A DNA stretch of 64,000 nucleotides from Heterodontus francisci (taxonomy: Eukaryota), in the NCBI RefSeq assembly GCF_036365525.1, contig NC_090378.1, forward strand, positions 124,543,593 through 124,607,592, written 5' to 3'. The translations under genes were made by a program, and so were the position numbers. This document shows, piece after piece, positions 12,101 through 27,100 of the stretch. Each line of letters begins with the position of its first letter. Within the stretch, counting starts at the first letter, position 1. A model generated the notes under the pieces. The model was not told the origin of the DNA. It saw nothing but the letters and a program-made list of their open reading frames with translations, and did no database searches.

Positions 12101-15100
12101 AGGGACGGATGGAGTTTAGATAGAGGAAGGGATGGAGATCATAAAGAGGGAGTGATGTTGATCAGACAGAGGGAGGGATGGAGATTAGATAGAGGGAGGG
12201 ATGGAGATCAGAGAGAGGGATGGATGGAGATCCGATAGAGAGAGGGATAGAGATCAGATAGAGGGAGGGATGGAGATTAGATAGAGGGAGGGATAGAGTT
12301 TAGATAGAGGAAGGGATGGAGATCAGATAGAGAGAGGGATGGAAATCATATAGAGGGAGGGATGGAGATCAGATAGAGAGAGGGATGGAGATCAGATAGA
12401 GGGAGGGATGGAGATCCGAAACAGGGAGGGATGGAGATCCGATACAGGGAGGGATGGAGATCAGATAGAGGGAGGGATGGAGATTAGATAGAGGGAGGGA
12501 TGGAGTTTAGATAGAGGAAGGGATGGAGATCAGATAGAGGGAGGGATGGAGATCAGATAGAGGGAGGGATGGAGATCAGATAGAGGGAGTGATGGAGATT
12601 AGATAGAGGGAGGGATGGAGATCAGATAGAGGGACGGATGGAGTTTAGATAGAGGAAGGGATGGAGATCAGAAAGAGGGAGTGATGTTGATCAGACAGAG
12701 GGAGGGATGGAGATCAGATAGAGGGAGGTATGGAGCTCAGATAGAGGGACGGATGGAGATTAGATAGAGGAAGGGATGGAGCTCAGAGAGAGGGATGGAT
12801 GGAGATCCGATAGAGAGTGGGATAGAGATCAGATAAAGGGAGGGATGGAGCTCAGATAGAGGGAGGGATAGAGATCAGATAGAAAGAGTGATGTTGATCA
12901 GATAGAGGGAGGGATGTAGATTAGATAGAGGGAGGGATAGAGCTCAGATAGAGGGAGGGATAGAGCTCAGATAGAGGGAGGGATGGAGATCAGATAGAGG
13001 AAGGAATGGAGATTAGATAGAGGGAGGGATGGAGATCAGATGGAGAAAGGGATGGAGATTAGATAGAGGGAGGGATGGAGATCAGATAGAGGGAGGGATA
13101 GAGATCAGATAGAGGGAGGGATGGAGATCAGATAGAGGGAGGGATGTAGATTAGATAGAGGGAGGGATGGAGATCAGATAGAGGGAGGGATGGAGATCAG
13201 ATAGAGGGAGGGATGTAGATTAGATAGAGGGAGGGATAGAGCTCAGATAGAGGGAGGGATGGAGATCAGATAGAGGGAGGGATGGAGATCAGATAGAGGG
13301 AGGGATGGAGATCAGATAGAGGGAGGGATGGAGATCAGATAGAGGAAGGAATGGAGATTAGATAGAGGGAGGGATGGAGATCAGATAGAGGGACGGATGG
13401 AGATTTGATAGAGGGAGGGATAGAGCTCAGATAGATGGATGGATGGAGATCAGATAGAGGGAGGGATGGAGATCAGATAGAGGGAGGGATGGAGATCAGA
13501 TAGAGGGAGGGATGGAGATTAGATAGAGGGAGGGAGGGAGATCAGATAGAGGGAGGGATGGAGAATAGATAGAGGGAGGGATGGAGATCAGATGGAGAAA
13601 GGGATGGAGATTAGATAGAGGGAGGGATGGAGATCAGATAGAGGGACGGATGGAGATTTGATAGAGGGAGGGATAGAGCTCAGTTAGAGGGAGGGATGGA
13701 GATCAGATAGGGGGAGGGATGGAGATCAGATAGAGGGAGGGATGGAGATCAGATAGAGGGAGGGATGGAGATTAGATAGAGGGAGGGATGGAGATCAGAT
13801 AGAGGGAGGGATGGAGATTAGATAGAGAGAGGGATGGAGATCAGATAGAGGGAGGGATAGAGTTTAGATAGAGGAAGGGATGGAGATCAGGTAGAGAGAG
13901 GGATGGAAATCATATAGAGGGAGGGATGGAGATTAGATAGAGAGAGGGATGGAGATCAGATAGAGGGAGGGATGGAGATTAGATAGAGGGAGGGATGGAG
14001 ATCAGATAGAGGGAGGGATGGAGATCCGAAACAGGGAGGGATGGAGATCCGATACAGGGAGGGATGGAGATCAGATAGAGGGAGGGATGGAGATTAGATA
14101 GAGGGAGGGATGGAGATTAGATAGAGGGAGGGATGGAGATTAGATAGAGGAAGGGATGGAGATCAGATAGAGGGAGGGATGGAGATCAGATAGAGGGAGG
14201 GATGGAGATTAGATAGAGGGAGGGATGGAGATTAGATAGAGGGAGGGATGGAGATCAGATAGAGGGACGGATGGAGTTTAGATAGAGGAAGGGATGGAGA
14301 TCAGAAAGAGGGAGTGATGTTGATCAGACAAAGGGAGGGATGGAGATTAGATAGAGGGAGGGATGGAGATCAGATAGAGGGAGGTATGGAGCTCAGATAG
14401 AGGGACGGATGGAGATTAGATAGAGGAAGGGATGGAGATCAGAGAGAGGGATGGATGGAGATCCGATAGAGAGAGGGATAGAGATCAGATAAAGGGAGGG
14501 ATGGAGCTCAGATAGAGGGAGGGATAGAGATCAGATAGAAAGAGTGATGTTGATCAGACAGAGGGAGGGATGGAGATTAGATAGAGGGAGGGATGGAGAT
14601 CAGATGGAGGGAGGGATGGAGCTCAGATAGAGGGACGGTTGGAGATTAGATAGAGGAAGGGATGGAGATTAGATGGAGGGATGGATGGAGATCAGATAGA
14701 GAGAGGGATAGAGATCAGATAAAGGGAGGGATGGAGCTCAGATAGAGGGAGGGATAGAGATCAGATAAAGGGAGGGATGGAGCTCAGATAGAGGGAGGGA
14801 TGGATTTCAGATAGAGGGAGGAATGGATCACAGACAGAGGGAGGGATGGAGATCCGATAGAGGGAGGGATGGATCACAGATAGAGGGAGGGATGGAGCTC
14901 AGATAGCGAGAGGGATACAGATCAGATAGAGGGAGGGATGCAGCTCAGAACGAGGGAGGGATGGAGCTCCGATGGAGGGAGGGGTGGAGCTCAGATAGAG
15001 GGAGGGATGGATTTCAGATAGAGTGAGGGATGGATCACAGATAGAGGGAGGGATGGAGATCCGATAGAGGGAGGGATGGAGTGCAGATAGAGTGAGGGAT

Positions 15101-18100
15101 GGATCACAGATAGAGGGAGGAATGGAGCTCTGATAGAGGAAGGGATGGAGATCAGATAGAGGGAGGGGTGCAGCTCAGAACCAGGGAGGCATGGAGCTCC
15201 GATGGAGGGAGGGATGGAGCTCAGATAGAGTGAGGGATGGATTTCAGATAGAGTGAGGGATGGATCACAGATAGAGGGAGGGATGGAGATCCCATAGAGG
15301 GAGGGATGGATTTCAGATCGAGGGAGGGATGGAGCTCTGATAGAGGAAGGGATGGAGATCAGATAGAGGGAGGGGTGCAGCTCAGAACCAGGGAGGCATG
15401 GAGCTCCGATGGAGGGAGGGATGGAGCTCAGATAGAGTGAGGGATGGATTTCAGATAGAGTGAGGGATGGATCACAGATAGAGGGAGGGATGGAGATCCC
15501 ATAGAGGGAGGGATGGATTTCAGATCGAGGGAGGGATGGATCGCAGATAGAGGGAGGGATGGAGATCCGATAGAGGGAGGGATGGTGTTCAGATAGGGGG
15601 AGGGATGGAGATCCGATAGAGGGAGGGATGTAATTCAGATGGAGGGAGGGATGGATTTCAGACAGAGTGAGGGATGGACCACAGATAGAGGGAGGGATGG
15701 AGATCGATAGCGGGAGGGATGGAGTTCAGATAGAGTGAGGGATGGATCACAGATATAGGGAGGGATGGAGATCCGATAGAGGGAGGGATGGAGTTCAGAT
15801 AGAGGGAGGGATGGCGTTCAGATAGAGGGAGGGCTGATCCAGAGTCAGAAGGAGTGATGCAGATCAGATAGAGGGAGGGATAGAATTCATATGGAGGGAG
15901 GGGTGGAGCTCGATAGAGAGAGGGATAGAGATCAGATAGTGGAAGGGACCGAGTTAAGACAGAGGGAGCGTGGGATCTCCGACAGAGGGAGGGATGGAGA
16001 TCCGTTAGAGGTAGGGATGGAGCTCAGATAGAAAGAGGAATGGAGATCAGATAGAGAGAAGGATGGAGATCAGATAGAGGGAGGGATGGAGATCAGATCG
16101 AAGGAGGGATGTGTATCAGATAGAGGGAGGGATGGATTTCAGATAGAGTGAGGGATGAATCACAGATAGAGGGAGGGATGGAGATCAGATAGAGGGAGGG
16201 ATGGAGATTAGATAGAGGGAGGGATGGAGTTTAGATAGAGGGAGGGATGGAGATCAGATAGAGGGAGGGATGGAGATCCGATAGAGGGAGGGATGGAGAT
16301 CAGATAGAGGGAGGGATGGAGATCAGATAGAGGGACGGATGGAGATTAGATAGAGGGAGGGATAGAGCTCAGATAGAGGGAGGGATGGAGTTTAGATAGA
16401 GGGAGGGATGGAGATCAGATAGAGGGAGGGATGGAGATCAGATAGAGGGAGGGATGGAGATTAGATAGAGGGAGGGATAGAGCTCAGATAGAGGGAGGGA
16501 TGGAGATCAGATAGAGGGAGGGATGGAGATTAGATAGAGGGAGGGATAGAGCTCAGATAGAGGGAGGGATGGAGATCAGATAGAGGGAGGGATGGAGATC
16601 AGATAGAGGGAGGGATGGATCACAGATAGGGGGAGGCATGGAGATCCGATAGAGGGAGGGCTGGAGTTCAGATAGAGTGAGGGATGGATCACAGATAGAG
16701 GAACGGATGGAGATCAGATAGACGGAGGGATGCAGCTCAGATGGAGGGAGGGATGGAGATCAGATACAGGGAGGGATGGAGATCAGATAGAGGGAGGGAT
16801 GGCGATCAGATAGAGGGAGGGATGGCGATCAGATAGAGGGAGGGATGGATTTCAGATAGAGTGAGGGATGAATCACAGATAGAGGGAGGGATGGAGATCA
16901 GATAGAGGGAGGGATGGAGATTAGATAGAGGGAGGGATGGAGTTTAGATAGAGGGAGGGATGGAGATCAGATAGAGGGAGGGATGGAGATCCGATAGAGG
17001 GAGGGATGGAGATCAGATAGAGGGAGGGATGGAGATCAGATAGAGGGACGGATGGAGATTAGATAGAGGGAGGGATAGAGCTCAGATAGAGGGAGGGATG
17101 GAGTTTAGATAGAGGGAGGGATGGAGATCAGATAGAGGGAGGGATGGAGATCAGATAGAGGGAGGGTTGGAGATTAGATAGAGGGAGGGATGGAGATTAG
17201 ATAGAGGGAGGGATAGAGCTCAGATAGAGGGAGGGATGGAGATCAGATAGAGGGAGGGATGGAGATCAGATAGAGGGAGAGATGGATCACAGATAGGGGG
17301 AGGCATGGAGATCCGATAGAGGGAGGGCTGGAGTTCAGATAGAGTGAGGGATGGATCACAGATAGAGGAAGGGATGGAGATCAGATAGACGGAGGGATGC
17401 AGCTCAGATGGAGGGAGGGATGGAGATCAGATACAGGGAGGGATGGAGATCAGATAGAGGGAGGGATGGCGATCAGATAGAGGGAGGGATGGCGATCAGA
17501 TAGAGGGAGGGATGGAGATCAGATAGAGGCAGGGATGGAGATCAGATAGAGGGAGGGATGGAGTTTAGATAGAGGGAGGGATGAAGATCAGATAGAGGGA
17601 GGGATGAAGATCAGATAGAGGGAGGGATGGAGATCAGATAGAGGGAGGGATGGAGATCAGATAGAGGGAGGGATGGAGATTAGATAGAGGGAGGGATGGA
17701 GTTTAGATAGAGGGAGGGATGAAGATCAGATAGAGGGAGGGATGAAGATCAGATAGAGGGAGGGATGAAGATCAGATAGAGGGAGGGATGGAGATAAGAT
17801 AGAGGGAGGGATGGAGATCAGATAGAGGGAGGGATGGAGATTAGATAGAGGGAGGGATGGAGATCAGATAGAGGGAGGGATGGAGATCAGATAGAGGGAG
17901 GGATGGAGTTTAGATAGAGGAAGGGATGGAGATCCGATAGAGGGAGGGATGGAGATCAGATAGAGCGAATGGTGGAGATTAGATAGAGGGAGGGATAGAG
18001 CTCAGATAGAGAGAGGGATGGAGATCAGATAGAGGGAGGGATGGTGATTAGATAGAGGGAGGGATGGAGATCAGATAGAGGGAGGGATGGAGATCAGATA

Positions 18101-21100
18101 GAGGGAGGAATGGAGATCAGATAGAGGGAGGGATGGAGTTTGGATAGAGGAAGGGATGGAGATCGGATAGAGGGAGGGATGGAGATCAGATAGAGGGAGG
18201 GATGGAGATCAGATAGAGGGAGGGATGGAGATCAGATAGAGGGAGGGATGGAGATCAGATAGAGGGAGGGATGGAGTTTGGATAGAGGAAGGGATGGAGA
18301 TCGGATAGAGGGAGGGTTGGAGATCAGATAGAGGGAGGGATGGATATTAGATAGTGGGAGGGATGGAGATCAGATAGAGGCAGGGATGGAGATCAGATAG
18401 AGGGAGGGATGGAGTTTGGATAGAGGGAGGGATGGAGATCAGATAGAGGGAGGGATGGAGATCAGATAGAGGGAGGGATGGAGATCAGATAGAGGGAGGG
18501 ATGGAGATCAGATAGAGGAAGGGATGGAGATCGGATAGAGGGAGGGATGGAGATCAGATAGAGGGAGGGATGGATATTAGATAGAGGGAGGGATGGAGAT
18601 CAGATAGAGGGAGGGATGGAGATCAGATAGAGGGAGCGATGGAGGTCAGATAGAGGAAGGGATGGAGATCAGACAGAGGGAGGGATGGAGATCAGATAGA
18701 GGGAGGGATGGAGATCAGATAGAGGGAGGGATGGAGATTAGATAGAGGGAGGGATGGAGATTAGATAGAGGGAGGGATAGAGCTCAGATAGAGGGAGGGA
18801 TGGAGATCAGATAGAGGGAGGGATGGAGATCAGATAGAGGGAGGGATGGTGTTTAGATAGAGGAAGGGATGGAGATCCGATAGAGGGAGGGATGGAGATC
18901 CGATAGAGGGAGGGATGGAGATCAAATAGAGGGAGGGATGGAGATTAGATAGAGGGAGGGATAGAGCTCAGTTAGAGGGAGGGATGGAGATCACACAGAG
19001 GGACGGTTGGAGATTAGATAGAGGGAGGGATGGAGATCGGATTGAGGGAGGGATAGAGCTCAGATAGAGGGAGGGATAGAGCTCAGATAGAGGGACGGTT
19101 GGAGATTAGATAGAGGGAGGGATAGAGTTTAGATAGAGGAAGGGATGGAGATCAGATAGAGGGAGGGATGGAGATTAGATAGAGGGAGGGATGGAGTTTG
19201 GATAGAGGAAGGGATGGAGATCAGATAGAGGGAGGGATGGAGATCAGTTAGAGGGAGGGATGGATATTAGATAGAGGGAGGGATGGAGATCAGATAGAGG
19301 GAGGGATAGAGATCAGATAGAAAGAGTGATGTTGATCAGACAGAGGGAGGGATGGAGATTAGATAGAGGGAGGGATGGAGATCAGATGGAGGGAGGGATG
19401 GAGCTCAGATAGAGGGACGGATGGAGATTAGATAGAGGAAGGGATGGAGCTTAGATAGAGGAAGGGATGGAGATCAGATAGAGAGAGGGATAGAGATCAG
19501 ATAAAGGGAGGGATGGAGCTCAGATAGAGGGAGGGATGGAGCTCAGATAGAGGGAGGGATGGATTTCAGATAGAGGGAGGGATGGATCACAGACAGAGGG
19601 AGGGATGGAGATCCGATAGAGGGAGGGATGGAGATCCGATAGAGGGAGGGATGGAGCTCAGATAGCGAGAGGGATACAGATCAGATAGAGGGAGGGATGC
19701 AGCTCAGAACGAGGGAGGGATGCAGATCCGATAGAGGGAGGGATGGAGTGCAGATAGAGTGAGGGATGGATCACAGATAGAGGGAGGAATGGAGCTCTGA
19801 TAGAGGAAGGGATGGAGATCAGATAGAGGGAGGGGTGCAGCTCAGAACCAGGGAGGCATGGAGCTCCGATGGAGGGAGGGATGGAGCTCAGATAGAGTGA
19901 GGGATGGATTTCAGATAGAGTGAGGGATGGATCACAGATAGAGGGAGGGATGGAGATCCCATAGAGGGAGGGATGGATTTCAGATCGAGGGAGGGATGGA
20001 TCGCAGATAGAGGGAGGGATGGAGATCCGATAGAGGGAGGGATGGTGTTCAGATAGGGGGAGGGATGGAGATCCGATAGAGGGAGGGATGTAATTCAGAT
20101 GGAGGGAGGGATGGATTTCAGACAGAGTGAGGGATGGACCACAGATAGAGGGAGGGATGGAGATCGATAGCGGGAGGGATGGAGTTCAGATAGAGTGAGG
20201 GATGGATCACAGATATAGGGAGGGATGGAGATCCGATAGAGGGAGGGATGGAGTTCAGATAGAGGGAGGGATGGCGTTCAGATAGAGGGAGGGCTGATCC
20301 AGAGTCAGAAGGAGTGATGCAGATCAGATAGAGGGAGGGATAGAATTCATATGGAGGGAGGGGTGGAGCTCGATAGAGAGAGGGATAGAGATCAGATAGT
20401 GGAAGGGACCGAGTTAAGATAGAGGGAGGGTGGGATCTCTGACAGAGGGAGGGATGGAGATCCGTTAGAGGTAGGGATGGAGCTCAGATAGAAAGAGGAA
20501 TGGAGATCAGATAGAGAGAAGGATGGAGATCAGATAGAGGGAGGGATGGAGATCAGATCGAAGGAGGGATGTGTATCAGATAGAGGGAGGGATGGATTTC
20601 AGATAGAGTGAGGGATGAATCACAGATAGAGGGAGGGATGGAGATCAGATAGAGGGAGGGATGGAGATCAGATAGAGGGAGGGATGGAGATCAGATAGAG
20701 GGAGGGATGGAGATTAGATAGAGGGAGGGATGGAGTTTAGATAGAGGGAGGGATGGAGATCAGATAGAGGGAGGGATGGAGATCCGATAGAGGGAGGGAT
20801 GGAGATCCGATAGAGGGAGGGATGGAGATCAGATAGAGGGAGGGATGGAGATCAGATAGAGGGAGGGATGGAGATCAGATAGAGGGACGGATGGAGATTA
20901 GATAGAGGGAGGGATAGAGCTCAGATAGAGGGAGGGATGGAGTTTAGATAGAGGGAGGGATGGAGATCAGATAGAGGGAGGGATGGAGATCAGATAGAGG
21001 GAGGGATGGAGATTAGATAGAGGGAGGGATAGAGCTCAGATAGAGGGAGGGATGGAGATCAGATAGAGGGAGGGATGGAGATTAGATAGAGGGAGGGATA

Positions 21101-24100
21101 GAGCTCAGATAGAGGTAGGGATGGAGATCAGATAGAGGGAGGGATGGAGATCAGATAGAGGGAGGGATGGATCACAGATAGGGGGAGGGATGAAGATCCG
21201 ATAGAGGGAGGGATGGAGATCAGATAGAGGGAGGGATGGATCACAGATAGGGGGAGGGATGGAGATCCGATAGAGGGAGGGCTGGAGTTCAGATAGAGTG
21301 AGGGATGGATCACAGATAGAGGAAGGGATGGAGATCAGATAGACGGAGGGATGCAGATCAGAACGGGGGAGGGATGCAGCTCCGATGGAGGGAGGGATGG
21401 AGATCAGATAGAGGGAGGGATGGAGTTTAGATAGAGGAAGGGATGGAGATCAGATAGAGGGAGGGATGGCGATCAGATAGAGGGAGGGATGGAGATCAGA
21501 TAGAGGCAGGGATGGAGTTTAGATAGAGGAAGGGATGGAGATCAGATAGAGGGAGGGATGGAGATCAGATAGAGGGAGGGATGGAGATTAGATAGAGGGA
21601 GGGATGGAGATTAGATAGAGGGAGGGATGGAGTTTAGATAGAGGAAGGGATGGAGATCAGATAGAGGGAGGGATGGAGTCAGATAGAGGGAGGGATGGAG
21701 ATAAGATAGAGGGAGGGATGGAGATCAGATAGAGGGAGGGATGGAGATCAGATAGAGGGAGGGATGGAGATTAGATAGAGGGAGGGATGGAGATCAGATA
21801 GAGGGAGGGATGGAGATCAGATAGAGGGAGGGATGGAGATCAGATAGAGGGAGGGATGGAGTTTAGATAGAGGAAGGGATGGAGATCCGATAGAGGGAGG
21901 GATGGAGATCAGATCGAGCGAATGGTGGAGATTAGATAGAGGGAGGGATAGAGCTCAGATAGAGAGAGGGATGGAGATCAGATAGAGGGAGGGATGGTGA
22001 TTAGATAGAGGAAGGGATGGAGATCAGACAGAGGGAGGGATGGAGATCAGATAGAGGAAGGGATGGAGATCCGATAGAGGGAGGGATGGAGATCAGATAG
22101 AGCGAATGGTGGAGATTAGATAGAGGGAGGGATAGAGCTCAGATAGAGGGAGGGATGGAGATCAGATAGAGGGAGGGATGGAGGTTAGATAGAGGAAGGG
22201 ATGGAGATCAGACAGAGGGAGGGATGGAGATCAGATAGAGGGAGGGATGGAGATCAGATAGAGGGAGGGATGGAGATTAGATAGAGGGAGGGATGGAGAT
22301 TAGATAGAGGGAGGGATAGAGCTCAGATAGAGGGAGGGATGGAGATCAGATAGAGGGAGGGGTGGAGATCAGATAGAGGGAGGGGTGGTGTTTAGATAGA
22401 GGAAGGGATGGAGATCCGATAGAGGGAGGGATGGAGATCAAATAGAGGGAGGGATGGAGATTAGATAGAGGGACGGTTGGAGATTAGATAGAGGGAGGGA
22501 TGGAGATCGGATTGAGGGAGGGATAGAGCTCAGATAGAGGGAGGGATAGAGCTCAGATAGAGGAAGGGATGGAGATCAGATAGAGGGAGGGATGGAGATT
22601 AGATAGAGGGACGGTTGGAGATTAGATAGAGGGAGGGATGGAGTTTGGATAGAGGAAGGGATGGAGATCAGATAGAGGGAGGGATGGAGATCAGTTAGAG
22701 GGAGGGATGGATATTAGATAGAGGGAGGGATGGAGATCAGATAGAGGGAGGGATGGATATTAGATAGAGGGAGGGATGGAGATCAGTTAGAGGGAGGGAT
22801 GGATATTAGATAGAGGGAGGGATGGAGATCAGTTAGAGGGAGGGATGGATATTAGATAGAGGGAGGGATGGAGATCAGATAGAGGGAGGGATGGAGATTA
22901 GATAGAGGGAGGGATAGAGCTCAGATAGAGGGAGGGATGGAGATCAGATAGAGGGAGGGATGGAGATCAGATAGAGGGAGGGATGGAGATCAGATAAGGG
23001 GAGGCATGGAGATCCGATAGAGGGAGGGCTGGAGTTCAGATAGAGTGAGGGATGGATCACAGATAGAGGAAGGGATGGAGATCAGATAGACGGAGGGATG
23101 CAGCTCAGAACGGGGGAGGGATGCAGCTCCGATGGAGGGAGGGATGGAGATCAGATAGAGGGAGGGATGGAGTTTAGATAGAGGAAGGGATGGAGATCAG
23201 ATAGAGGGAGGGATGGCGATCAGATAGAGGGAGGGATGGCGATCAGATAGAGGGAGGGATGGCGATCAGATAGAGGCAGGGATGGAGATCAGATAGCGGC
23301 AGGGATGGAGATCAGATAGAGGGAGGGATGGAGATCAGATAGAGGGAGGGATGGAGATCAGATAGAGGGAGGGATGGAGATCAGATAGAGGGAGGGATGG
23401 AGTTTAGATAGAGGGAGGGATGAAGATCAGATAGAGGGAGGGATGAAGATCAGATAGAGGGAGGGATGGAGATAAGATGGAGGGAGGGATGGAGATCAGA
23501 TAGAGGGAGGGATGGAGATTAGATAGAGGGAGGGATGGAGATCAGATAGAGGGAGGGATGGAGTTTAGATAGAGGAAGGGATGGAGATCCGATAGAGGGA
23601 GTGATGGAGATCAGATAGAGCGAATGGTGGAGATTAGATAGAGGGAGGGATAGAGCTCAGATAGAGAGAGGGATGGAGATCAGATAGAGGGAGGGATGGT
23701 GATTAGATAGAGGGAGGGATGGAGATCAGATAGAGGGAGGGATGGAGATCAGATAGAGGGAGGGATGGAGATCAGATAGAGGGAGGGATGGAGTTTGGAT
23801 AGAGGAAGGGATGGAGATCGGATAGAGGGAGGGATGGAGATCAGATAGAGGGAGGGATGGATATTAGATAGAGGGAGGGATGGAGATCAGATAGAGGCAG
23901 GGATGGAGTTTAGATTGAGGAAGGGATGGAGATCAGATAGAGGGAGGGATGGAGATCAGATAGAGGGAGGGATGGAGATCAGATAGAGGGAGGGATGGAG
24001 GTTAGATAGAGGAAGGGATGGAGATCAGACAGAGGGAGGGATGGAGATCAGATAGAGGGAGGGATGGAGATCAGATAGAGGGAGGGATGGAGATTAGATA

Positions 24101-27100
24101 GAGGGAGGGATGGAGATTAGATAGAGGGAGGGATAGAGCTCAGATAGAGGGAGGGATGGAGATCAGATAGAGGGAGGGATGGAGATCAGATAGAGGGAGG
24201 GATGGTGTTTAGATAGAGGAAGGGATGGAGATCCGAAAGAGGGAGGGATGGAGATCAAATAGAGGGAGGGATGGAGATTAGATAGAGGGAGGGATAGAGC
24301 TCAGTTAGAGGGAGGGATGGAGATCACACAGAGGGACGGTTGGAGATTAGATAGAGGGAGGGATAGAGCTCAGATAGAGAGAGGGATGGAGATCAGATAG
24401 AGGGAGGGATGGTGATTAGATAGAGGGAGGGATGGAGATCAGATAGAGGGAGGGATGGAGATCAGATAGAGGGAGGGATGGAGATCAGATAGAGGGATGG
24501 ATGGAGTTTGGATAGAGGAAGGGATGGAGATCGGATCGAGGGAGGGATGGAGATCAGATAGAGGGAGGGATGGATATTAGATAGAGGGAGGGATGGAGAT
24601 CAGATAGAGGCAGTGATGGAGTTTAGATTGAGGAAGGGATGGAGATCAGATAGAGGGAGGGATGGAGATCAGATAGAGGGAGGGATGGAGATCAGATAGA
24701 GGGAGGGATGGAGGTTAGATAGAGGAAGGGATGGAGATCAGACAGAGGGAGGGATGGAGATCAGATAGAGGGAGGGATGGAGATCAGATAGAGGGAGGGA
24801 TGGAGATTAGATAGAGGGAGGGATGGAGATTAGATAGAGGGAGGGATAGAGCTCAGATAGAGGGAGGGATGGAGATCAGATAGAGGGAGGGATGGAGATC
24901 AGATAGAGGGAGGGATGGTGTTTAGATAGAGGAAGGGATGGAGATCCGATAGAGGGAGGGATGGAGATCAAATAGAGGGAGGGATGGAGATTAGATAGAG
25001 GGAGGGATAGAGCTCAGTTAGAGGGAGGGATGGAGATCACACAGAGGGACGGTTGGAGATTAGATAGAGGGAGGGATGGAGATCGGATTGAGGGAGGGAT
25101 AGAGCTCAGATAGAGGAAGGGATGGAGATCAGATAGAGGGAGGGATGGAGATTAGATAGAGGGAGGGATAGAGCTCAGATAGAGGGAGGCTGGAGATTAG
25201 ATAGAGGGAGGGATAGAGTTTAGATAGAGGAAGGGATGGAGATCAGATAGAGAGATGGATGAAAATCATATGGAGGGAGGGATGGAGATTAGATAGAGAG
25301 AGTGATGGAGATCAGATAGAGGGAGGGATGGAGATTAGATAGAGGGAGGGATGGAGTTTGGATAGAGGAAGGGATGGAGATCAGATAGAGGGAGGGATGG
25401 AGATCAGTTAGAGGGAGGGATGGATATTAGATAAAGGGAGGGATGGAGATCAGATAGAGGGAGGGATAGAGATCAGATAGAAAGAGTGATGTTGATCAGA
25501 CAGAGGGAGGGATGGAGATTAGATAGAGGGAGGGATGGAGATCAGATGGAGGGAGGGATGGAGCTCAGATAGAGGGACGGATGGAGATTAGATAGAGGAA
25601 GGGATGGAGCTTAGATAGAGGAAGGGATGGAGATCAGATAGAGAGAGGGATAGAGATCAGATAAAGGGAGGGATGGAGCTCAGATAGAGGGAGGGATGGA
25701 GCTCAGATAGAGGGAGGGATGGATTTCAGATAGAGGGAGGGATGGATCACAGATAGAGGGAGGGATGGAGATCCGATAGAGGGAGGGATGGAGATCCGAT
25801 AGAGGGAGGGATGCAGCTCAGAACGAGGGAGGGATGGAGATCCGATAGAGGGAGGGATGGAGTGCAGATAGAGTGAGGGATGGATCACAGATAGAGGGAG
25901 GAATGGAGCTCTGATAGAGGAAGGGATGGAGATCAGATAGAGGGAGGGGTGCAGCTCAGATAGAGTGAGGGATGGATTTCAGATAGAGTGAGGGATGGAT
26001 CACAGATAGAGGGAGGGATGGAGATCCCATAGAGGGAGGGATGGATTTCAGATCGAGGGAGGGATGGATCGCAGATAGAGGGAGGGATGGAGATCCGATA
26101 GAGGGAGGGATGGTGTTCAGATAGGGGGAGGGATGGAGATCCGATAGACGGAGGGATGTAATTCAGATGGAGGGAGGGATGGATTTCAGACAGAGTGAGG
26201 GATGGACCACAGATAGAGGGAGGGATGGAGATCGATAGCGGGAGGGATGGAGTTCAGATAGAGTGAGGGATGGATCACAGATATAGGGAGGGATGGAGAT
26301 CCGATAGAGGGAGGGATGGAGTTCAGATAGAGGGAGGGATGGCGTTCAGATAGAGGGAGGGCTGATCCAGAGTCAGAAGGAGTGATGCAGATCAGATAGA
26401 GGGAGGGATAGAATTCATATGGAGGGAGGGGTGGAGCTCGATAGAGAGAGGGATAGAGATCAGATAGTGGAAGGGACCGAGTTAAGATAGAGGGAGGGTG
26501 GGATCCCCGACAGAGGGAGGGATGGAGATCCGTTAGAGGTAGGGATGGAGCTCAGATAGAAAGAGGAATGGAGATCAGATAGAGAGAAGGATGGAGATCA
26601 GATAGAGGGAGGGATGGAGATCAGATCGAAGGAGGGATGTGTATCAGATAGAGGGAGGGATGGATTTCAGATAGAGTGAGGGATGAATCACAGATAGAGG
26701 GAGGGATGGAGATCAGATAGAGGGAGGGATGGAGATCAGATAGAGGGAGGGATGGAGATCAGATAGAGGGAGGGATGGAGATCAGATAGAGGGAGGGATG
26801 GAGATTAGATAGAGGGAGGGATGGAGTTTAGATAGAGGGAGGGATGGAGATCAGATAGAGGGAGGGATGGAGATCCGATAGAGGGAGGGATGGAGATCAG
26901 ATAGAGGGAGGGATGGAGATCAGATAGAGGGACGGATGGAGATTAGATAGAGGGAGGGATAGAGCTCAGATAGAGGGAGGGATGGAGTTTAGATAGAGGG
27001 AGGGATGGAGATCAGATAGAGGGAGGGATGGAGATCAGATAGAGGGAGGGATGGAGATTAGATAGAGGGAGGGATAGAGCTCAGATAGAGGGAGGGATGG